Of a stretch of 64,000 nt of DNA, positions 29,207-37,853 are shown piece after piece; within the stretch, counting starts at the first letter, position 1; every line of letters begins with the position of its first letter. Under the pieces are notes generated by a model. The model had not been told where the DNA came from. It was given only the letters and a program-made list of their open reading frames with translations, and did no database searches. Source of the stretch: Phycisphaerales bacterium (lineage in GTDB: Bacteria; Planctomycetota; Phycisphaerae; Phycisphaerales; UBA1924); contig OZ243106.1 of the NCBI GenBank assembly GCA_965212225.1, positions 2,891,374 through 2,955,373 on the forward strand, in the 5' to 3' direction. Made by a program: the position numbers and the translations under genes.

Positions 29207-30490
29207 ATGCCCAGCGTCATCATCTACGACGACGGCGCAGCCGATCTGCGCCCGCTCACCGACCTCCGCGCCGCCTTCGATATCCGCACCGGTGCCCTCA
29301 CCACACGAGAGCGCCTCACCGTGCTCCTCGAGCAGGTGGCCGAGTGCCCGGTCGCGGCCCTGATCGCGCCCACCGCCATCGCACCGCTCGTCGCCGAGCG
29401 CTCCCGCTACCCGGTCAACCCCGACGACCTCCGCGCGGTCTGCGCGGATGCCTCGGACGACGACTCGGTCTTCGTCATCAACGGACGGGCCGTCCTGCCC
29501 CCCGCCAACCTCGGCGAACTCGAGGTCGGCCAGGCCTTCATCGACGAGCACGAGGGCGAGTCCGGCTCACTGATCGGCGCGCACCTGTCGATCGACGACG
29601 CCATCGCCTTCCTCGAAGACCTCTCAACGCTCCCCGCCGACCTCGAAACCGCCGCGTCGCTCGAGCGCGTTCTCATGCGCCATCCGTGGGACGTGATCGC
29701 CATGCGCGACCACGCCATGCTCATCGACCTCGCCATGCTCCTCTCCGGCGAGTCGCAGGAACTCCCCGAGGGCGTCGTCGCCATCGAGGGCGACGACGAA
29801 CCTTCCATCCGCATTGCGCCCGACGCGATTATCTACCCGACGGTCGTCCTCGACGCCTCCGAGGGCCCGATTGTCATCGACGACGGCGCGACCGTCCGCC
29901 CGCAGGCCATCATCCGAGGGCCCGCCTACATCGGCATCCAGTCCACCGTGCTGGATCGCGCCCTCATCAAGCCCCACACCGCCATCGGCCCCATCTGCAA
30001 AGTCGCTGGCGAAGTCGGCGGCAGCATTTTCCAGGGCTTTGCCAACAAGGCCCACGAGGGCCACCTCGGCGACAGCTGGGTCGGCGAGTGGGCCAACCTC
30101 GGCGCCGACACCACCAACTCCAACCTGCTCAACACCTACGACCATGTCGTCATGCAGACCGTCTCCGCGAGCGAAGGCGGACGCAAGCAGCGCACCGGCC
30201 TGCAGTTCCTCGGCTGCCTCGTCGGAGACCACACCAAGACCGCCATCAACACCACCATCATGACCGGCTCCTGCTTCTCGACCGGCACCATGATCGCCAC
30301 GACCGCCGCGCCGCCTGCGTTCACCGAGCGCTTCGCCTGGTGCACCGACACCGGCATCCGCCGCTTCCGCATGAACAAGTTCATCGACATTGCACGCACC
30401 GTCATGGCCCGTCGCGGCATCGAACCCTCCGAGGACTACATCGCGCGCCTGAACGCCCTCGCAGCCGCAAGCGGAGGCGACGAATCGTGA
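29207..30490 (+). CDS. putative sugar nucleotidyltransferase-like protein with left-handed beta-helix (NTP_transf_4/GlmU-like)
   Basis: N-terminus VIIYDDGAADLRPLTDLRAAFDIRTGALT. Hexapeptide-repeat C-terminal half (IHPSAIIYPTVVLD-type repeats, KVAGEVGGSIFQGFANKAHEGHLGDSWVGEWANLGA). Confidence 0.7.
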   Translation: MPSVIIYDDGAADLRPLTDLRAAFDIRTGALTTRERLTVLLEQVAECPVAALIAPTAIAPLVAERSRYPVNPDDLRAVCADASDDDSVFVINGRAVLPPANLGELEVGQAFIDEHEGESGSLIGAHLSIDDAIAFLEDLSTLPADLETAASLERVLMRHPWDVIAMRDHAMLIDLAMLLSGESQELPEGVVAIEGDDEPSIRIAPDAIIYPTVVLDASEGPIVIDDGATVRPQAIIRGPAYIGIQSTVLDRALIKPHTAIGPICKVAGEVGGSIFQGFANKAHEGHLGDSWVGEWANLGADTTNSNLLNTYDHVVMQTVSASEGGRKQRTGLQFLGCLVGDHTKTAINTTIMTGSCFSTGTMIATTAAPPAFTERFAWCTDTGIRRFRMNKFIDIARTVMARRGIEPSEDYIARLNALAAASGGDES

Positions 30491-33372
30491 AGACCCTCTA
30501 CGTCATCGACGCCTACGCCCAGTTCTTCCGCGCCTACCACGCCATCCGCACGCCGATGACTTCCCCGGTCACCAAGGAGCCGACCAACGCCACCTACGGC
30601 TTCGTCGGCATGCTCCTCAAACTCCTCGCGAACCACCACCCCGACTACCTCGTCGTCGCCACCGATGTCTCCGGCGATCGCGGCACCTTCCGCTCCGAGC
30701 TCTACCCCGCCTACAAAGCCAACCGCTCCGAGCCGCCCGACGACCTCAAGCCCCAGGCCGAGCGCTGCGTGTCCATCCTCGAAACCCTCGGCGTGCCCGT
30801 CCTCGGGCTGGAGGGCTACGAGGCCGACGATGTCATCGCCACCATCGCCCGACGCATCGGCGAGGAAACCCCCGGCGTGCGCGTGCGCATCGTCTCCAAG
30901 GATAAGGACCTCCAGCAGCTGCTCACCCCCACCGACGACACCATGGGCGGTGTGGAGATGTTCGACGTCCACACCGACGAGCACATCGACGTCGCCAAAC
31001 TCCTGAAAAACAAGGGCGTCACCCCCGAGCAGGTCGTCGACATGCTCGCGCTCATGGGCGACACGGTCGACAACGTCCCCGGCGTGCCCGGCGTCGGCCC
31101 GAAGACCGCCGCCCAGCTCATCGCCGAGTTCGGCACCCTCGACGCCGTCATCGCCGAGGCCACCTCCGACGCCCCGAAGAAGGATTGGAAGATCAAGGGC
31201 AAGCGCCGCGAGAACATCGCCGCGGCGGCCGAAACCCTCCCGCTCTCAAAGCAGCTCGTCCAGTTGCGCGACGACCTCGACCTGCCCTTCGACCTCCAGA
31301 CCGCAGCGACCGCGCAGTTCAACATTGTCGCGCTGCAGCCGCTGCTCGAGGAACTCGGCTTCGGGCGCTACCAGAGCGAACTGAAGTCGCTGCTCGGCGG
31401 AACACCGTCCGATGCTGCTTCAACCGTTGAGGCAAAGCCGACGGCGAAATCCAAAGCCGCAACCCGAGACGAGGCCGAGGGCACGCTCTTCGCCGCAAGC
31501 GATTCGGAAGAAGTCAGCGAGACGCTCAACGCGCATCGCGCTCGCGACACCAACTACGAAACCGTGGCCACGAAGACGCAGCTCAAGCAACTCGCCAAAG
31601 CCCTCAAAGCCGCCGACCTGATCGCCGTCGACACCGAAACCACCTCGATCCACGCCATGCAGGCCGAACTCGTCGGCCTCAGCTTCGCCACCGAGCCCGG
31701 CAGCGCGTGGTATGTCCCCGTCCGATCGCCGGATCCCGGTAAGCACCTCGACGCCGACACCGTCCTTGATACGCTCCGCCCGATCCTCGAATCGGACAAG
31801 CACCCCAAGACCGGTCACAACCTCAAGTACGACCTGCTCGTCCTCCGGCGCGCCGGCATCCGCCTCCGGGGCATCGCCTGCGACACCATGGTCGCCTCCT
31901 ACCTCATCGACGCCTCGCGCTCCTCACACTCGATGGACGCTCTCGCTCTCGCCGAGCTCGGCCACTCCTGCATCCCCATCAAAGACTTGATCGGCACCGG
32001 CAAGAACCAAAAACGCTTCGACGAGGTCCCGCTCGATACCGCCGCCGAGTACGCCGCCGAAGACGCCGATGTTTCCCTCCGCCTCTACCACGCCCTGATG
32101 CCGCAGCTCTCCGGCGACCTGCGCGAACTCTTCGACGACGTCGAGATGCCCCTGGTCGCGGTGCTCGCTGAACTGGAGTTCAACGGCATCCTCTGCGACC
32201 CCGACGAACTCGATCGCCAGCGCGAGCGCCTCATCGTCCGCATCGAGGAACTCCGCGCCGACCTCGAAGCCGCGGCACCGCGCCCCTTCAACCCCGACTC
32301 CCCGAAGCAACTCTCGGCCATCCTTTTCAACAAACCCGATGACGCCGAGCCCGGCCTCGGGATCAAGCCCCTGAAGAAGATCAAGACCGGCTATTCCACC
32401 GACGCCGAGACCCTCGAAAAGCTCGCGCTCGACCCCACCATCGACAGCCCGATCCCGGCCCTCATCGTCGAGTACCGCCAGCTCACCAAGCTCGTCTCCA
32501 CATACCTCCTCGCATTGAAGGAGGCCATCCATCCCGAGACGCACCGCATCCACCCCAGCTTCAACCAGACCGTCGCCGTCACCGGGCGCCTGAGTTCGTC
32601 CGACCCCAACCTCCAGAACATCCCCATCCGCACGCCCATCGGGCGCGAGATCCGGCGCGCTTTCGTCGCCCCTGAGGGCTCGGTCCTCATCTCTGCCGAC
32701 TACTCCCAGATCGAACTCCGCCTGCTCGCCCACCTCTCGGGTGACAAGGCCTTGATCGACGCCTTCCACGCCGATGCGGATATCCACCGCGCCGTCGCCG
32801 CCCAGATCCACGGCATTTCGCCCGAGCAGGTCACCGACGAGCAGCGGTCCGGCGCCAAGATGGTCAACTTCGGCATCGTCTACGGCATCACCGCCTTCGG
32901 CCTCGCCCGTCGCCTCGGCATCGGCAACTCCGAAGCCGCGACCATCATCGAGGAGTACAAGGCCCGCTTCCCCGGCATCACCACCTTCCTCGACCAATGC
33001 GTCGACGAGGCCAAAGCCACCGGAGCCGTCGAAACCATCCTGCACCGGCGTCGCCCGATCCCCGACATCACCAGCAATCAGCCCGCTCGACGCGCCTTCG
33101 CCGAGCGCACCGCCATCAACACCGTCGTCCAGGGCTCCGCCGCCGACCTCATCAAACTCGCGATGATCAACCTCTACCGCGACCTGCCAGAATCCCACCC
33201 CGACGCTCGCCTGCTCCTCCAGATCCACGACGAACTCGTTCTCGAGACCCCGGAAGCCCGGGCCGAAGCCGTCAGCGCCACCGTCCGGCAGTCGATGGAG
33301 ACCGCCATGGAGCTCGCCGTTCCCCTGAAGGTCGACATCGGCTGGGCGAATTCGTGGTACGACGGCAAGTAG
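30487..33372 (+). CDS. polA: DNA polymerase I
   Basis: GTG start at 30487 inside the upstream stop (GTGA). 5'-nuclease LYVIDAYAQFFRAYHA, 3'-5' exo AVDTETTS, and pol motifs RRAFVAPEG..ISADYSQIELRLLAH, KMVNFGIVYG and QIHDELVLE. The 5' 1.3 kb of ORF 29155..33372 is rejected. Confidence 0.96.
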   Translation: MKTLYVIDAYAQFFRAYHAIRTPMTSPVTKEPTNATYGFVGMLLKLLANHHPDYLVVATDVSGDRGTFRSELYPAYKANRSEPPDDLKPQAERCVSILETLGVPVLGLEGYEADDVIATIARRIGEETPGVRVRIVSKDKDLQQLLTPTDDTMGGVEMFDVHTDEHIDVAKLLKNKGVTPEQVVDMLALMGDTVDNVPGVPGVGPKTAAQLIAEFGTLDAVIAEATSDAPKKDWKIKGKRRENIAAAAETLPLSKQLVQLRDDLDLPFDLQTAATAQFNIVALQPLLEELGFGRYQSELKSLLGGTPSDAASTVEAKPTAKSKAATRDEAEGTLFAASDSEEVSETLNAHRARDTNYETVATKTQLKQLAKALKAADLIAVDTETTSIHAMQAELVGLSFATEPGSAWYVPVRSPDPGKHLDADTVLDTLRPILESDKHPKTGHNLKYDLLVLRRAGIRLRGIACDTMVASYLIDASRSSHSMDALALAELGHSCIPIKDLIGTGKNQKRFDEVPLDTAAEYAAEDADVSLRLYHALMPQLSGDLRELFDDVEMPLVAVLAELEFNGILCDPDELDRQRERLIVRIEELRADLEAAAPRPFNPDSPKQLSAILFNKPDDAEPGLGIKPLKKIKTGYSTDAETLEKLALDPTIDSPIPALIVEYRQLTKLVSTYLLALKEAIHPETHRIHPSFNQTVAVTGRLSSSDPNLQNIPIRTPIGREIRRAFVAPEGSVLISADYSQIELRLLAHLSGDKALIDAFHADADIHRAVAAQIHGISPEQVTDEQRSGAKMVNFGIVYGITAFGLARRLGIGNSEAATIIEEYKARFPGITTFLDQCVDEAKATGAVETILHRRRPIPDITSNQPARRAFAERTAINTVVQGSAADLIKLAMINLYRDLPESHPDARLLLQIHDELVLETPEARAEAVSATVRQSMETAMELAVPLKVDIGWANSWYDGK

Positions 33373-33447
33373 CCCGACCGGAGCCCCAAAGCCCGGCCCA
33401 GTAATCCCCAAACCGCCCGAATCCGCCCCTTCAGACGCCTTCGCGCC

Positions 33448-33475
33448 TTGACACCCACGCCGGATCCGATACATT
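33448..33475 (+). promoter_or_regulatory. candidate sigma70-type promoter for tRNA-Asp (TTGACA-N16-TACATT)
   Basis: TTGACA at 33448..33453 and TACATT at 33470..33475, about 36 nt upstream of the tRNA 5' end. Confidence 0.45.
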
Positions 33476-33511
33476 TCCCTTCCCGCTCGCCCCGGCGATC
33501 GGGTCCCCTTT

Positions 33512-33585
<74 letters not shown>

Positions 33586-33594
33586 CTTCGTAGG

Positions 33595-33625
33595 ACCCCC
33601 GCTTATGCGGGGGTTTCTTCGTTTT
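33595..33625 (+). terminator. intrinsic terminator after tRNA-Asp
   Basis: ACCCCCGC-TTAT-GCGGGGGT hairpin followed by TTTCTTCGTTTT. Confidence 0.8.
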
Positions 33626-33689
33626 GGCTCCTCGACGCTCGTGCCCGTAGGGCAATCAGCGGCGCGGCGTGACCGCCCGGCTCCCTCGG

Positions 33690-34889
33690 TCACCTTTGGC
33701 GAGTCTCGCGGAGAGCGTATCCGTACTTCGGTGTGATCGGTGATGGCGTCTCGGAGTTCAGTTCGACCCACGCACGCGCCGGCCAGTGTGGTTCACGCAG
33801 GAGTTGACGCCCCAGCAGGATCAGGTCGGCGCGGCCTTCGGCGATGATCGCGTTCGCCTGGGCGGGCTCGGTGATCAGCCCCACGGCTCCCGTGGCGATC
33901 CCGGCTTCACGCCGGATCCGCTCAGAGAACGGGACCTGGTAGTCCGGCCCGACCGGGATCCGGGCGTTGCGCGTCGCTCCGCCGGTCGAGCAGTCAATGA
34001 GATCTACGCCTTCCTCTTTGAGCAGCCCCGACGCCTTCACGGAGTCGTCCAGTGTCCAGCCGCCCTCGGCCCAGTCGGTGCACGAGAGACGCACGAATAG
34101 CGGGACATCCTCGGGAAGCGCGCCCCGAACGGCGCGGGTCGTCTCGAGCAGGAACCGGACCCGGTTCTCGAACGAACCGCCGTAATCGTCCGACCTATCG
34201 TTCATGAACGGCGACAGGAAGCTGTGACCGAGGTACCCGTGCGCGAAGTGCAGTTCGATCACCTGGAATCCCGCATCGATCGACCGCTCCGCCGCCGCCG
34301 CGAAGGACCCGGTGATGGCGCGAATCTCGTCGACCGTCAGCTCGTGCGGCACCGGACCTCCTCGGCCGTACCGCTTCGCGCTGGGACCGACCGGCATCCA
34401 GCCACCTTGATCGAGCGGCACGAATCCGTTCCGATCGCGGTCGAACGGGCCGTACCGAGAAGCCTTGACCCCGGCGTGAGCGAGTTGGATCCCGGGCACC
34501 GCGCCATGCTCGCTCACGAAGTCCGTCACCCGGCGCAGCGCGGGAACATGCTCGTCCTTCCAGACGCCGAGGCAACTGGGCGTGATGCGTCCCTCCGGTT
34601 CGACCCCGGTGGCCTCCGCGATCAACAACCCGGCGCCGCCGACCGCACGGGCCGCGTGATGGGCCAGGTGCCAGTCGTTGGCGAAGCCGTCCTCGCTCGA
34701 GTACTGGCACATCGGCGACATCGCGATGCGATTGCGCAGCGTCACGCCACGCAGCCGGAGCGGCTTGAACAGATCCGCAGTGTTACCGTCTTGATCCGCA
34801 CGGACTGTCTGGCCAAATCCCTGCCGGCTCGCCGTGGCGATAGTGACTCCAGCGGCGAGAGCGGTCTGGCAAAATGTACGTCGGTCCAT
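33690..34889 (-). CDS. Old Yellow Enzyme family NADH:flavin oxidoreductase with Tat-type signal
   Basis: NRIAMSPMCQY, HAARAVGGAGLL, IELHFAHGYLGHSFLSP and GRQLLREPHW motifs. N-terminus MDRRTFCQTALAAGVTIATA carries a twin-arginine RRxF. ORF maximum is 34931. Confidence 0.85.
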   Translation of the reverse strand: MDRRTFCQTALAAGVTIATASRQGFGQTVRADQDGNTADLFKPLRLRGVTLRNRIAMSPMCQYSSEDGFANDWHLAHHAARAVGGAGLLIAEATGVEPEGRITPSCLGVWKDEHVPALRRVTDFVSEHGAVPGIQLAHAGVKASRYGPFDRDRNGFVPLDQGGWMPVGPSAKRYGRGGPVPHELTVDEIRAITGSFAAAAERSIDAGFQVIELHFAHGYLGHSFLSPFMNDRSDDYGGSFENRVRFLLETTRAVRGALPEDVPLFVRLSCTDWAEGGWTLDDSVKASGLLKEEGVDLIDCSTGGATRNARIPVGPDYQVPFSERIRREAGIATGAVGLITEPAQANAIIAEGRADLILLGRQLLREPHWPARAWVELNSETPSPITPKYGYALRETRQR

Positions 34890-35050
34890 GGGGTGTAAAT
34901 CCTCTCGAGACGGGGCGGGAACAGGAGACACCTGACGGGTCGAGCAGGCCTGATACTAGCGGGCACGGCGTGCGTCGGAAGCCGCCGTCTTTTGCCGGTG
35001 CGACCCGACGTGCAGTTCGGCGTTGGGGTAACGTGTCCGTGAGGAGCCAC

Positions 35051-36187
35051 ATGACCAACATCCGCCGGATCGACACGATGCTCTATCGAACCTTGATCGC
35101 CATCCTGCTCGCGGCCGTGGCTTTCGGCTGCGCTGGACCTTCCCAGGGCCCGACGCTCATCGTGCCGACCATCGACGTGGGATCACACGACGGCGCGCGG
35201 GTCGCCATGCCAACCGACAACGGTCGCGTCGAGCTGCTTTACCTCGCCGCATCGATGTCCGATGCGGACCTGTCCGCCCTCAACGCCGTCGCCCCGAATG
35301 TGCGCTGCGTGGTACCGGATTCCCCTGAGGACGCGCTTCGGCTCGCGCCCGCAGCCCACGGTGCAGACGGGCGACTCTGCACGCCAGAGTTCCTCGCCGC
35401 GGCGGATCAACTGAAGTGGGTTCAGTCGCCGTCGGCCGGCGTCGCCTGGCTGCTCGAGCGCGAGGGCATGGATGACCCGGACATCGTGCTGACGAACATG
35501 CAGGGGGTTCACGGCCCGGCGATCGCCGAGCACGTCTTCGGCATGCTGCTCTCCCTGACGCGTGACCTGCGTTACTACCAGCAGCCCGAGCAACAGGGAA
35601 CCTGGAACCGCAGAGGCAGTTCGATCGAGCCCGTTGCCCTCAGTGGCCGCACGATGCTCGTGGTCGGACTCGGTGGCATCGGTCAAGAGGTCGCCCGGCG
35701 AGCCAAGGGCTTCGACATGACCGTCCTCGCGACGCGACGCAGCCGGACGCAACCGCCGCATTACGTGGACCGACTCGGGACCGCGGACGATCTCGATGAG
35801 TTCCTTCCGCTCGCCGATGTCGTTGTGCTCTGTGTCCCGTTGACGGATGAGACTGAGGGAATGATCGACGCGGCGGCTCTCGCCCGGATGCAACCCGGGT
35901 CGTATCTCGTCAATATCGCTCGCGGGCGGATAGTGGACCAAGACGCCCTGGTCGATGCCCTCGATCGAGGCCATCTCGCCGGCGCATGCCTGGACGTCAC
36001 CACGCCCGAGCCGCTCCCAGCGGATCATCCGCTCTGGGGCATGCCAAATGTGGTCATCACGCCGCACGTCGCCGGTCGCGCGTCCCTTACCGGCGCCCGG
36101 CAACGGGCGCTGCTGTTCGAGAATGTCCGTCGCTTCGGTGCCGGCGAGCCACTCCTGAACGTGGTCGACAAGGCCGCGGGATACTGA
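35051..36187 (+). CDS. D-isomer-specific 2-hydroxyacid dehydrogenase family protein with lipoprotein-type signal
   Basis: GAGGAG RBS 4 nt before ATG 35051. MTNIRRIDTMLYRTLIAILLAAVAFGC lipobox. NAD fold VVGLGGIGQEVARRA, then NIARGRIVD and TPHVAG catalytic contexts. Confidence 0.82.
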   Translation: MTNIRRIDTMLYRTLIAILLAAVAFGCAGPSQGPTLIVPTIDVGSHDGARVAMPTDNGRVELLYLAASMSDADLSALNAVAPNVRCVVPDSPEDALRLAPAAHGADGRLCTPEFLAAADQLKWVQSPSAGVAWLLEREGMDDPDIVLTNMQGVHGPAIAEHVFGMLLSLTRDLRYYQQPEQQGTWNRRGSSIEPVALSGRTMLVVGLGGIGQEVARRAKGFDMTVLATRRSRTQPPHYVDRLGTADDLDEFLPLADVVVLCVPLTDETEGMIDAAALARMQPGSYLVNIARGRIVDQDALVDALDRGHLAGACLDVTTPEPLPADHPLWGMPNVVITPHVAGRASLTGARQRALLFENVRRFGAGEPLLNVVDKAAGY

Positions 36188-36200
36188 GGACCCCTCCGCC

Positions 36201-37613
36201 GTGACGAAGCGCAGCGAATCCGGGAACGATTCCGACGCATCGCGCTCACTGGGCGGTCGCCTCCTGGCGCTGATCAATCTGCGTCCGTCCGAGGTCGCCC
36301 CGGTGCTGCTCGCCGGGCTCATGTTCTTCTGCATCCTGTACGGCTATTTCTTCATTCGCCCAGTGCGCGAAGCCTTCGGCGTCGAGCGGGGAATGGACGA
36401 ACTGCGGTCGCTGTTCTTCGCAACCATGGCCGCGTCGCTGGCCCTGAGCCCGGTCTTCTCGTGGCTGGTCGGCCGCTTCGACCGGCGCATCTTCCTGCCG
36501 GTCGCATACGGATCGATCGTCGTGATGTTGCTGGGCTTCGCTTTCTACCGCGCCGCCGGCGGCGACGAAGCGGTCACCGCCTGGACCGGTCGGATCTTCT
36601 TCGTCTGGCTCAGCGTCATCAACCTGTTCATGGTCGGGCTGTTCTGGTCGCTGATGAGCGACTGCTTCCGGCCGGAGGATGCCCGACGGGTGTTCCCGTC
36701 CGTCGCCGTCGGCGGCACGCTCGGAGCACTGCTCGGCTCGGCCTCCGCGTGGGCCGTGTCCGGGTATCCATTCGAGATGTTCGGCCGTGATCTCTTCGAC
36801 CTCGGCATCACGCTCAGCCCCCCAACAATGATGACCGTCGCCGCGGTGTTCGTTGGGCTGGCCGGCGCCATCTCGGTGGTGCTCAGCCTGATTCGACCTC
36901 ATGCCGATCCGGGTGGCGACGTGGTCGACGACAGCCCGAATCGTCCGCGCCGTTCCGCCCTCCGCGAGGCCGTCGACGGTCTCTGGCTGGCAATGCGCTC
37001 GCGCTACCTGCTGGTTATCGCCTCGTACATCGCGCTGCTGGCCGTCCTGACGACACTGCTCTACTTCGAGCAGGCCGAGGTGGTCATCAACGCCGAGGAC
37101 TCCGAGTCTGGCCGCGTCGGGATCTTCGCGAGCATCGACTTCTGGACGCAGTTCGCCACCCTCGTGCTGCAACTGGTAGTGACCGCGCGTCTCCTGCGCT
37201 GGATCGGCGTCGGCTGGGCTCTGGCGCTGCTACCGATGATCGCGCTGGGCGGCTGCATCGTGCTGGCCATGGGCGAGCAGGCGGGCTGGGCCGCGGCCAC
37301 CATGCTCGGCATCATCACCGTTGTGCAGGCGGTCTTCCGCGCGGGGCGCTACGCCATTGCCCGGCCGTCTCGCGAGACGCTGTTCACAGTCCTCGACCGT
37401 GACGAGAAGTACAAGGCGAAGAACCTGATCGACACGTTCGTGTACCGCGCCGGCGACTTCGCCGGGGTGGGCGTCGACGCGGCGTTGGCGAAGATTGGGG
37501 TGGTGTCGATGATGGCCTTGGCCGTGACAGTTGCCCCAATCGCGATCGTGATGGCGGGGCTCGCGCTGTGGCTCGGCAGCGAGCAAACGCGCCGGGCGAA
37601 CACGGATGCGTGA
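36201..37613 (+). CDS. MFS-type transporter resembling the Tlc/Npt (ATP:ADP antiporter-like) family
   Basis: About 12 TMs. N-terminal LRPSEVAPVLLAGLMFFCILYGYFFIRPVREAFGV resembles the family's conserved start. GTG start. Substrate cannot be inferred. Confidence 0.6.
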   Translation: MTKRSESGNDSDASRSLGGRLLALINLRPSEVAPVLLAGLMFFCILYGYFFIRPVREAFGVERGMDELRSLFFATMAASLALSPVFSWLVGRFDRRIFLPVAYGSIVVMLLGFAFYRAAGGDEAVTAWTGRIFFVWLSVINLFMVGLFWSLMSDCFRPEDARRVFPSVAVGGTLGALLGSASAWAVSGYPFEMFGRDLFDLGITLSPPTMMTVAAVFVGLAGAISVVLSLIRPHADPGGDVVDDSPNRPRRSALREAVDGLWLAMRSRYLLVIASYIALLAVLTTLLYFEQAEVVINAEDSESGRVGIFASIDFWTQFATLVLQLVVTARLLRWIGVGWALALLPMIALGGCIVLAMGEQAGWAAATMLGIITVVQAVFRAGRYAIARPSRETLFTVLDRDEKYKAKNLIDTFVYRAGDFAGVGVDAALAKIGVVSMMALAVTVAPIAIVMAGLALWLGSEQTRRANTDA

Positions 37614-37642
37614 TCCGGCTCAGAACACGCGGATGCACGCGT

Positions 37643-37693
37643 GCCCCAGGCTCTCGATGAGGTGGTTGCGGGTTCGAGTCCCGCCCGCCTTGC
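37643..37693 (+). pseudogene. decayed tRNA-Asp-like 3' fragment (anticodon-loop-to-acceptor region), not foldable as a tRNA
   Basis: 37655..37693 matches 33548..33586 of tRNA-Asp at 35 of 39 positions, including an intact T arm GCGGG-TTCGAGT-CCCGC. No complementary 5' acceptor strand or D arm upstream, and the anticodon stem is mispaired. Confidence 0.6.
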
Positions 37694-37696
37694 TTA

Positions 37697-37719
37697 AAAC
37701 TCCGCCTAGCACGGAGTTT
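37697..37719 (+). terminator. stem-loop downstream of transporter gene and tRNA fragment (possible terminator)
   Basis: AAACTCCG-CCTAGCA-CGGAGTTT, an 8-bp stem, followed by a weak T tract (TCTCT). Confidence 0.4.
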
Positions 37720-37853
37720 CTCTACGCCCACCGGGCCAATGCACCACCCAAAGGTAGGTATTTGCTTTCCGTTTGGAATGGTCCAGTTTGCGCGGGGGAA
37801 CCCGCGCTGCCCATGCTACGATCACCGAGTTGTCCGATCGCGAAACCATAAAG

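Noticed and set aside
29155-30486. 1.3-kb N-terminal extension of the polA reading frame, giving a 1405-aa ORF
   Set aside because: The translated extension is Arg/Pro/His-rich junk. It overlaps, in another frame, the well-supported LbH nucleotidyltransferase-like gene. The conserved 5'-nuclease N-terminus begins at the GTG at 30487.
37617-37693. Possible functional tRNA-Glu(CUC) at the tRNA-like fragment
   Set aside because: The T arm and 3' acceptor strand are present. There is no complementary 5' acceptor strand or D arm, and the anticodon stem (CCAGG/TGAGG) has two mismatches and a wobble. It is treated as a decayed fragment.
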